A DNA stretch of 64,000 nt from an uncultured Eggerthellaceae bacterium. Its GTDB lineage: Bacteria > Actinomycetota > Coriobacteriia > Coriobacteriales > Eggerthellaceae. Below are positions 35,583-42,900 of this stretch, in pieces. The stretch covers positions 10,801-74,800 of the forward strand of contig CAJTXX010000004.1 in the NCBI GenBank assembly GCA_910584145.1, given 5' to 3'. The notes under the pieces were generated by a model. That model searched no databases. It was not told where the DNA came from and worked only from the letters and a program-made list of their open reading frames with translations. How positions within the stretch are numbered: the first letter of the stretch is position 1; each line of letters starts with the position of its first letter. The translations under genes were made by a program, and so were the position numbers.

Positions 35583-36122
35583 ATGAAGACACGGAAGAGA
35601 CTGCTGATCGTCGATGGGTACAACGTGCTGCGCTCCGGCAGCCGGTACGCGCGCATCTCGCTGCCCGACTACACCGATGACACCTTCAACGCCGCGCGCG
35701 AGCGCCTCATCAACGATGTCATCAACTACGCGGGGCGCGATATGCAGGCCATCGTGGTGTTCGACGGGAAGGGCAACCAGTATTCGGAGGGCCAGCCCGA
35801 GAGCATCGGCGGGGTGAAGGTGATATTCTCGCCCGCTGGCCAGATAGCCGACCGCGTGATAGAGAAGCTGGCGCACGACGCGCGCGAGCGCAATGTGGAG
35901 ACGATGGTGGTCACCAGCGACAGCACCATCCAAGATACCGTGTTCGGCGACGGCGTCGATCGCATGAGCGCCGAGGGCTTCTGCCGCGAGATGGAGCTCC
36001 ACTACGACAGCGCCCGTCTCGACGAGAAGCCCGTCGTGGCCCGCAAGAGCACCATAGCCGGCCGCATCAGCCCCGATGCCCTAGAGAAGCTGAGAGCCCT
36101 CAGGGACTCGGGCTGCTCCTAA
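35583..36122 (+). CDS. NYN-domain (YacP/Rae1-like) ribonuclease family protein
   Basis: RLLIVDGYNVL ... IVVFDG ... VVTSD has the YacP-like pattern. Confidence 0.7.
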   Translation: MKTRKRLLIVDGYNVLRSGSRYARISLPDYTDDTFNAARERLINDVINYAGRDMQAIVVFDGKGNQYSEGQPESIGGVKVIFSPAGQIADRVIEKLAHDARERNVETMVVTSDSTIQDTVFGDGVDRMSAEGFCREMELHYDSARLDEKPVVARKSTIAGRISPDALEKLRALRDSGCS

Positions 36123-36133
36123 CGCTTCCCGGC

Positions 36134-36159
36134 AAAAAAAAGAACCCCTTTCGGGGCTC
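36134..36159 (-). terminator. Rho-independent terminator of the response-regulator gene
   Basis: On the minus strand, gagcccc-gaaa-ggggttc is followed by T8. It starts about 7 nt after the stop codon at 36166. Confidence 0.65.
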
Positions 36160-36165
36160 TTCTCG

Positions 36166-36867
36166 CTAGTCGTTCACTACTTTGAAGCGGTAGCCGTAGC
36201 CTCGCACCGTTTCCACGAGGCCGGAATCGTAGCCGGCGTCGGATATCTTGTCGCGCAGGCGCTTGATGTGCGTGTCGACCGTCTTCGTCTCGGTCAGGTA
36301 CTCCCAGCCCCATGCGTCGCGCAGCAGGTCTTCGCGGCTGACCACCTTGCCGGCGTTCTTCATCAGTGAGGCCAGCAGCTCGAACTCGCGCGGGGTCAGG
36401 TCTATCTCACCGATGCTGCCGGCTGCCGTATGCGCGTCCTCGTCGAGCGTGATGCCGCTGACCGTCACCTGGTTGTGGGCGCCGCCCACCTCGCCAGCGC
36501 CGCGGCGCAGCAGGGCGCGCACGCGGGCCACCAGCTCGCGCACGCCGAAGGGCTTCGACAGATAGTCGTCGCCGCCGATCTCCAGCCCGACCACCTTGTC
36601 GAGCTCGGTGTCGCGGGCCGACAGGAACAGCACCGGCGACGAGGTGGTGGCGCGCAGACGGCGGCACAGCTCGTAGCCGTCGATGCCGGGCAGCATGATG
36701 TCGAGTATGTACAGGTCGTAGTCGCTCTGGCCTGCGAGCGCGAGGGCGTCCTCGCCGTTCTTCGCGATATCTACCGCGTAACCTTCGGTCTTAAGCGCAT
36801 AACCTACGAAATCGGTGATAGTAGCTTCGTCGTCCACAACGAGGATACGGCTTGCTGTGTCGCTCAT
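36166..36867 (-). CDS. OmpR/PhoB-family response regulator (no cognate kinase gene adjacent)
   Basis: It has a receiver domain (ILVVDDE ... ILDIMLPGIDG ... DDYLSKPF) plus a winged-helix output domain (TVDTHIKRLRDKI ... VRGYGYRF). Confidence 0.9.
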   Translation of the reverse strand: MSDTASRILVVDDEATITDFVGYALKTEGYAVDIAKNGEDALALAGQSDYDLYILDIMLPGIDGYELCRRLRATTSSPVLFLSARDTELDKVVGLEIGGDDYLSKPFGVRELVARVRALLRRGAGEVGGAHNQVTVSGITLDEDAHTAAGSIGEIDLTPREFELLASLMKNAGKVVSREDLLRDAWGWEYLTETKTVDTHIKRLRDKISDAGYDSGLVETVRGYGYRFKVVND

Positions 36868-36991
36868 ATGAGGCCTCTTCTTCCAACCATAACGAAACGA
36901 AAACCAAAGCTCGATGCTCGGTGCATCAAGGTAATATATTAGCCGAAATCCTATCATCGCGGTATCTGAACATAGCGGGGGACGTGGAAAA

Positions 36992-37768
36992 ATGCTGCTT
37001 ACGGTCGACGTAGGGAATACGCAGACGGTGGTCGGGGTGTACGCCGGCGCGGAGCTTGCGAGCATGTGGCGCCTCGCCACCGATCGGGCATGCACGCCCG
37101 ACGAGATACGCGTGAACCTGATACCGCTGTTCCAATCGGCGGGCCTGTCATTTCCGGAAGTGCGGCGCGCGGCGCTGTCATCGGTGGTGCCGCAGCTGAC
37201 CGACGCATGGCGCGAGGCGGTGCGGGCGTGCATCGGCGTGGACGTGCTGGTGTGCAGCGCGCAGACAGCCGGCGAGCTGTTCAGCGCCGATTACCCGAAC
37301 CCTTCCGAGATAGGCGCCGACCGCGTGGCTGACGCCGTGGCGATGAAGGCGCTCTACGGCTGCCCCAGCGTGGTGGTCGATTTCGGCACTGCGACGAACA
37401 TAGAGGTGATCGACGCGCGCGGCTGCTTCGTGGGCGGCATCATAGCGCCGGGGTTGCAGACCTCCGCGCAGACGCTGTTCTCCCGGGGGGCGCAACTGCA
37501 CGCAGTGGCGCTCGACGCTCCGCGCGAGGTCATCGGGAAGAACACGGTGGAGGCCATGCAATCCGGCCTCGTGCTCGGCGAGGTGGACCGGGTGGAGGGC
37601 TTGCTGCGCCGCGTGTTCGACCAGCTCGGCTACGAGGCCGTCGTGGTGGCCACCGGCGGCTTGGCGCCGCTGATAGCCGCGCATTCGGAGCTGATATCGC
37701 ACGTGAACCCGCAGCTGACGCTCGAAGGGCTGCGCCTGATATCGCAGCGCGCCGCGAACGGCTCCTGA
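36992..37768 (+). CDS. coaX: Type III pantothenate kinase
   Basis: MLLTVDVGNTQTVVGVY ... VDFGTATN ... are CoaX motifs. Confidence 0.9.
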   Translation: MLLTVDVGNTQTVVGVYAGAELASMWRLATDRACTPDEIRVNLIPLFQSAGLSFPEVRRAALSSVVPQLTDAWREAVRACIGVDVLVCSAQTAGELFSADYPNPSEIGADRVADAVAMKALYGCPSVVVDFGTATNIEVIDARGCFVGGIIAPGLQTSAQTLFSRGAQLHAVALDAPREVIGKNTVEAMQSGLVLGEVDRVEGLLRRVFDQLGYEAVVVATGGLAPLIAAHSELISHVNPQLTLEGLRLISQRAANGS

Positions 37769-37909
37769 TGCCGGCGCTGTGGCACGCACCCCGCACCCGC
37801 CATCCGTTGCCCACGGAAAACGGCAGCCTGCCGCCTTCGCGCGAGCACGCTGCGCGCATCGCGCTAGAATCGGCTACGACCGCACATCCACTGCCGCGAG
37901 GAGGACTGC

Positions 37910-39598
37910 ATGCTCACTGACATCGAGATAGCCCAAGCAGCACAGACGAAGCCCATCACCGACATAGCGAACGCTTGCGGGATAGATGGCAAGTACCTCG
38001 AGCTGTACGGCAACCGCAAGGCGAAAGTGGACTACAACCTGCTGCGTGAGGAAGACCACGAGCCGGGCAAGCTGGTGCTGGTGACGGCCATCAACCCCAC
38101 GCCGGCTGGCGAGGGCAAGACCACTACCACGGTGGGCCTGGCCGACGCGCTGGCGCTGCGGGGCAAGGATGTGGTGGTAGCGCTGCGCGAGCCGTCGCTG
38201 GGGCCGGTGTTCGGCATCAAGGGCGGCGCGGCGGGCGGCGGATACGCCCAGGTGGTGCCGATGGAGGATATCAACCTGCATTTCACCGGCGACTTCCACG
38301 CCATAGGCGCTGCGAACAACCTGCTGGCGGCGCTGCTCGATGCGCATATCCAGAACGGCAACGAGCTGGGCATAGACGTGCGCAAGATAACCTGGAAGCG
38401 CGTGGTGGATATGAACGACCGCCAGCTGCGCCATATCGTGGACGGTCTGGGCGGCAAGGCCCACGGCGTGCCGCGCGAGGACGGCTTCGACATAACGGTG
38501 GCCAGCGAGGTGATGGCCATCTTCTGCCTGGCGACCAGCATCTCCGATCTGAAGGAGCGCCTGGGCCGCATCGTAGTGGGCTACACCTACGATGACGCGC
38601 CCGTCACCGCGCACGACCTGCACGCTGAGGGCGCCATGTGCGCGCTCCTGAAGGATGCGCTGAAGCCGAACCTGGTGCAGACGCTCGAGGGCACGCCGGC
38701 GTTCGTGCACGGCGGCCCGTTCGCCAACATCGCGCATGGCTGCAACTCCATCATGGCCACGCGCATGGCGCTCGCGTTGGGCGATTACTGCGTGACCGAA
38801 GCCGGCTTCGGGGCCGACCTGGGGGCAGAGAAGTTCCTCGATATCAAGTGCCGCTTGGCTGGCCTGGCGCCGGATGCTGTGGTGGTGGTGGCCACCGTGC
38901 GCGCCCTGAAGAACCACGGCGGCGTGGCCAAGGCCGACCTGAACGAGGAGAACCTGGAAGCGCTGGAAGCGGGTCTGCCGAACCTGCTCCAGCACGTGGA
39001 GAACATCACGCAGGTGTACAAGCTGCCGTGCGTGGTGGCCATCAACGCGTTCCCCACCGATACCCCGGCTGAGCTGGCGCTCGTGGAGAGCAAATGCCGC
39101 GAGCTGGGCGTGAACGTTGCGCTGTCGGAGGTGTGGGCGCGCGGCGGTGAGGGCGGCCTGGCGCTGGCCGACGAGGTGGTGCGCCTGTGCGAGCAGGGCG
39201 ACGCCGAGGGCCGCAGCCGCGACACGTTCGAGTTCGCCTACGGCGACGAGCTGCCCATAACCGAGAAGATACAAGCTATCGTGCGCCGCGTGTACCACGG
39301 CGCTGACGTGGTGTTCGAGCCGGCTGCCGTGAAGGAGATAGCGCAGCTTGAGGCGCTCGGGTTCGGCGATATGCCCGTCTGCATGGCGAAGACCCAGTAC
39401 TCGTTCAGCGACGATGCGTCGAAGCTGGGCGCGCCGGAGGGCTTCACCGTGACGGTGCGGCAGGTGAAGGTGAGCGCGGGCGCCGGGTTCGTGGTGGCGC
39501 TCACGGGCAGCATCATGACGATGCCGGGCCTGGGCAAGGCGCCGGCTGCGTTCAATATCGACGTCGACGAGAACGGCGTCATATCGGGCCTGTTCTAG
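37910..39598 (+). CDS. fhs: Formate--tetrahydrofolate ligase
   Basis: 562 aa. [14 protein letters not shown] ... canonical FTHFS over the full length. Confidence 0.95.
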   Translation: MLTDIEIAQAAQTKPITDIANACGIDGKYLELYGNRKAKVDYNLLREEDHEPGKLVLVTAINPTPAGEGKTTTTVGLADALALRGKDVVVALREPSLGPVFGIKGGAAGGGYAQVVPMEDINLHFTGDFHAIGAANNLLAALLDAHIQNGNELGIDVRKITWKRVVDMNDRQLRHIVDGLGGKAHGVPREDGFDITVASEVMAIFCLATSISDLKERLGRIVVGYTYDDAPVTAHDLHAEGAMCALLKDALKPNLVQTLEGTPAFVHGGPFANIAHGCNSIMATRMALALGDYCVTEAGFGADLGAEKFLDIKCRLAGLAPDAVVVVATVRALKNHGGVAKADLNEENLEALEAGLPNLLQHVENITQVYKLPCVVAINAFPTDTPAELALVESKCRELGVNVALSEVWARGGEGGLALADEVVRLCEQGDAEGRSRDTFEFAYGDELPITEKIQAIVRRVYHGADVVFEPAAVKEIAQLEALGFGDMPVCMAKTQYSFSDDASKLGAPEGFTVTVRQVKVSAGAGFVVALTGSIMTMPGLGKAPAAFNIDVDENGVISGLF

Positions 39599-39601
39599 CG
39601 C

Positions 39602-40048
39602 ATGGCGGCTTTCCGGGATACCGCGGTGCTCCTCAGCGCAGCCGGCGAGGCGCGCGCGGCGTTCGTGCGCGAGCGCAAGGCGCAGCGCGCGTCGATCATC
39701 CATTTCGACGGCGAGAACAGCTTCCCCGAATGCGAGCAGTGCGGTAGGTGCTGCGGGCTGAACGTGATAGCCATGACGCGCGAAGAGGTGCTGCGCATAC
39801 ACAGCTACATGCTGGAGAACGACGTGCGGTCGATAGACCGCGGGACGTCGCGCTGCTGCTTGCAGAGCGAGGACGGATCGTGCATGGTGTGGCCGGCGCG
39901 CTCGCAGACGTGCAAGCTGCACCACTGCAAGATGGCGCGGGTGGACCTGCTGGCGGAGAACCCCGCTATCAAGGTGCACGACGAGGCCGATCTGCTGCTG
40001 GTGGACATGCATGCGCATTTCGTCTGCGGCGACAACGAGGTGCATTAG
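39602..40048 (+). CDS. YkgJ-family Cys-cluster (zinc/iron-chelating) protein
   Basis: CEQCGRCCG (CxxCGxCC) and further Cys residues (SRCCLQ, GSCMVW, CKLHHC). Confidence 0.65.
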   Translation: MAAFRDTAVLLSAAGEARAAFVRERKAQRASIIHFDGENSFPECEQCGRCCGLNVIAMTREEVLRIHSYMLENDVRSIDRGTSRCCLQSEDGSCMVWPARSQTCKLHHCKMARVDLLAENPAIKVHDEADLLLVDMHAHFVCGDNEVH

Positions 40049-40095
40049 ATGAGACGGCTGCGCTCGGCGCGGCTCGATCGGATGGAGGTGGCTCT

Positions 40096-40719
40096 ATGCT
40101 GACGGGAGGGTTCCTCGACGAGCTGGCGAGCGCTGCGCCCACGCCGGGCGGTGGCGGCGCTAGCGCTTGCGTGGGCGCGTTGGCAGCGGCGCTCGCCAGC
40201 ATGGTGGGCAACATCACCGCGAACAGCAAGAGATACGCGGCGGTGCACGAGGAGATGCGCGCTGCGGTCGGCAGGCTCGACGCCTTGCGCGCCGACCTCC
40301 TGCATCTGGCCGAGCTCGATGCTGCCGCATTCAAGCCGCTGTCGGAGGCGTTCAAGCTGCCTGCCGACACGCCGGCGCAGATAGCCGAGAAGGACCTGGC
40401 GCTGCAATCGGCGCTGGTGGGCGCGTGCGACGTGCCGCTGGACATGATGCGCACCTGCGCGAGCATCCTCGACGAGTGCGCCTACATGGTGCGCGAGGGC
40501 AGCCGCATGGCGCTGTCGGATGCGGGCGCGGCAGCTGCGTTCGCCAAGGCGGCCATACAGGGCGCTGCGCTGAACATCTACATCAACGCCGGCTGGATGA
40601 CCGATCAAGCGCTCGCCGTCGGCTACACCAGCAAGGCGCATCAGATCATCCGCGAGAGCGGCAGCTTGGCGGACGACCTGTACGAGCACGTGGCAGCGAC
40701 CGTGAGCGGGGGCGAATGA
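40096..40719 (+). CDS. fchA: Cyclodeaminase/cyclohydrolase family protein (methenyl-THF cyclohydrolase FchA-like)
   Basis: AAPTPGGGGASACVGALAAALASMVGNIT is typical of FTCD_C/FchA. ATG at 40096 is preceded by GGAGGTGG. Confidence 0.8.
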   Translation: MLTGGFLDELASAAPTPGGGGASACVGALAAALASMVGNITANSKRYAAVHEEMRAAVGRLDALRADLLHLAELDAAAFKPLSEAFKLPADTPAQIAEKDLALQSALVGACDVPLDMMRTCASILDECAYMVREGSRMALSDAGAAAAFAKAAIQGAALNIYINAGWMTDQALAVGYTSKAHQIIRESGSLADDLYEHVAATVSGGE

Positions 40720-41567
40720 TGGCGGAGCTCATGCGCGGCAAGCCGGTAGCCGATGCTATCTACGCCGATCTGGCCCAGCGCGTCGAGGCGCTGAGGGCTC
40801 GCGGTGCGCACCCGCGCCTAGCGCTCGTGCGCGTAGGCGGCAGCGATGCCGATGCCGCGTACCTGCGCAGCATCGTAGCGCAGGCCGAGAAGGTCGGCGT
40901 AAAGGTGGGTGCCCATGAGCTTCCCGCTGATGCGTCGCGCCTTGCGGTGGAGGCCATCATCGAAGGCATGAACGTCGACCGAGCCGTGCATGGCTGCATG
41001 CTGTTCCGCCCGCTCCCGAAGGGTATGGGCGAGCTTGAGCTGTGCAACATGCTGGCGCCGGAGAAGGATGTCGACGGCGTGGGCGCCCGTTCGCTCGCAG
41101 GCGTGTTCATGGGCGAGCGCGAGGGTTTCGCGCCCTGCACCGCGCAAGCATGCGTGGAGATGCTCGACTGCTACGGCGTCGATCTGGCGGGCAAGCACGC
41201 GGTCGTCGTGGGCCGCAGCCTGGTGGTGGGCAAGCCCGCGGCCATGCTGATGCTCGCGCGCAACGCCACCGTCACCCTGTGCCATTCGGGCACGGCCGAT
41301 CTGCCCGCGCTCATGCGCGCTGCCGACATCGTGGTGTGCGCTACCGGGCGCGCCCGCGCATTCGGCGCCGAGTGCTTCAGCGCGGGGCAGGTGGTGCTCG
41401 ACGTGGGCACGAACACCGATGCCGACGGGGTGTTCTGCGGCGATGTCGACTTCGCCGCCGTGGAGCCGATCGTGGGCGCTATAACGCCGGTACCGGGCGG
41501 CATGGGGGCTGTGACCACAGCCGTGCTGCTCGCGCATGTAGTGGAAGCCGCAGAGAGAAGAGCCTAG
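40716..41567 (+). CDS. folD: Bifunctional methylene-THF dehydrogenase / methenyl-THF cyclohydrolase
   Basis: LMRGKPVADAIYADL ... PLPKG ... KDVDG ... VVVGRSLVVGKPAAMLML ... TPVPGGMGAVT. The start overlaps the fchA stop. Confidence 0.9.
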   Translation: MMAELMRGKPVADAIYADLAQRVEALRARGAHPRLALVRVGGSDADAAYLRSIVAQAEKVGVKVGAHELPADASRLAVEAIIEGMNVDRAVHGCMLFRPLPKGMGELELCNMLAPEKDVDGVGARSLAGVFMGEREGFAPCTAQACVEMLDCYGVDLAGKHAVVVGRSLVVGKPAAMLMLARNATVTLCHSGTADLPALMRAADIVVCATGRARAFGAECFSAGQVVLDVGTNTDADGVFCGDVDFAAVEPIVGAITPVPGGMGAVTTAVLLAHVVEAAERRA

Positions 41568-42398
41568 ATGCCCATCTACACACCCAAGGAAGTGACAGAG
41601 AACTACCTGAAGGCCTGCGTCGGCAAGGCAGGATCGCCTGCATGGCGCCTGTTCGTGCTGGCGGTGTTCGCCGGCGTGCTGGTGGGGTTGGGCGCTGTTG
41701 CGTCCTCCACCGCAGCGCACGGCGTGCCCGAGGCGGGCCTCGCCCGTTTGGTGACGGCAGCGGTGTTCCCCATCGGGCTCATCATGATCGTGCTCTTGGG
41801 CGCCGAGCTGTTCACGGGCAATGCGCTCATGGTGACGGCTGCCATCTCGCGCGATATCACCTGGGGGCGCTTGCTGCGCAACTGGGGCATCGTGTATGTC
41901 GGGAACTTCATCGGCGCGGTGGGGGTGGCGGCGCTGATGGCCTTCTTCGGCCAGCTCGATATCGGCGGCGGCGCGTTGGCGGTCTACACGGCGAAAGTGG
42001 CGGCTGCGAAGTGCTCGCTGCCGTGGATGAACGCCTTCGTGCTGGGCATCTTCTGCAACCTGATGGTGTGCGTGGCTATCTATCTGGGCAATACGGCGCA
42101 CGATACCGGTAGCAAGATATGGGGCGTGTTCTTCCCCATATTCGGCTTCGTGATAGCCGGGTTCGAGCACTGCATCGCCAACATGTACTACATACCGGCG
42201 GGCATCTTCGCTGCTATGGACCCGACGTATGCGAGCCTCATCGCCGATGCGGGCATCAACATCGCGCCGCTCGGCCTCAGCGGGTTCGTGGGGAATCTGA
42301 TCCCGGTGACGCTCGGCAACATATTGGGCGGCGCGCTGGTGGGCATCATCATGTATGCGACCCATGCGTCGTCGAAGCCGGCGAAAGAGCGCGCGTAA
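41568..42398 (+). CDS. Formate/nitrite transporter (FNT) family protein, FocA-like
   Basis: 276 aa. LGAELFTGN ... GFEHCIANMYY are FNT motifs. ATG follows the folD stop directly. Confidence 0.85.
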   Translation: MPIYTPKEVTENYLKACVGKAGSPAWRLFVLAVFAGVLVGLGAVASSTAAHGVPEAGLARLVTAAVFPIGLIMIVLLGAELFTGNALMVTAAISRDITWGRLLRNWGIVYVGNFIGAVGVAALMAFFGQLDIGGGALAVYTAKVAAAKCSLPWMNAFVLGIFCNLMVCVAIYLGNTAHDTGSKIWGVFFPIFGFVIAGFEHCIANMYYIPAGIFAAMDPTYASLIADAGINIAPLGLSGFVGNLIPVTLGNILGGALVGIIMYATHASSKPAKERA

Positions 42399-42399
42399 G

Positions 42400-42867
42400 A
42401 TGGAGCACGCGTGGGATGCGCCCGATAAGCAGGCGATGGGCGCGCTAGCGGCTGCGCTGGCGCCGCATCTGCGCGATGGCGACGCGGTGCTGCTCGATGG
42501 CGATCTGGGCGCGGGCAAGACGTGTTTCGTGCAGGCGGTGGCCGATGCTCTCGGGTGCGGGGATGCCGTCACCAGCCCCACGTTCAACATCATGCAGGAA
42601 TACGATGCTGGCGGGCTGCGGCTGCTGCACTTCGACCTGTACCGCCTCGACGATGCCGCGCAGCTGGAAGATGTCGACTTCTATGCGGCGGTGGATGCCT
42701 TCACGCCGGGGGCGGCTTTCATAGAATGGGCCGATAAGTTCGCCGATGAGATGCCCGATGATGCGCTGCATGTCCGCATCGGCGTCGCGGGCGATGGCCG
42801 CACCGTGCGCGCTCATGCCACCGGGGAGCGCGCGGAGGCGTTGCTCGCCGCGTGGGTGCAGGGTTAG
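42400..42867 (+). CDS. tsaE: tRNA threonylcarbamoyladenosine biosynthesis ATPase TsaE
   Basis: LDGDLGAGKTCFVQAVADAL ... VTSPTFNIMQEY ... HFDLYRL. Confidence 0.85.
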   Translation: MEHAWDAPDKQAMGALAAALAPHLRDGDAVLLDGDLGAGKTCFVQAVADALGCGDAVTSPTFNIMQEYDAGGLRLLHFDLYRLDDAAQLEDVDFYAAVDAFTPGAAFIEWADKFADEMPDDALHVRIGVAGDGRTVRAHATGERAEALLAAWVQG

Positions 42868-42900
42868 ACGCGCGGCGGCATCCGCGGGTACAATGCGGGC

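Noticed and set aside
36134-36141. An A8/T8 homopolymer run could be a phase-variation tract.
   Set aside because: It is intergenic and is the U-tract of a clear rho-independent terminator hairpin for the response-regulator gene.
37769-37909. A possible riboswitch (ZTP/pfl or THF type) could lie in the leader of fhs.
   Set aside because: I could not find the conserved ZTP elements (GGGTCGTGACTGGCG ... CCGCCTGGGC-like) or THF-riboswitch features by eye. An Rfam/Infernal scan would be decisive.
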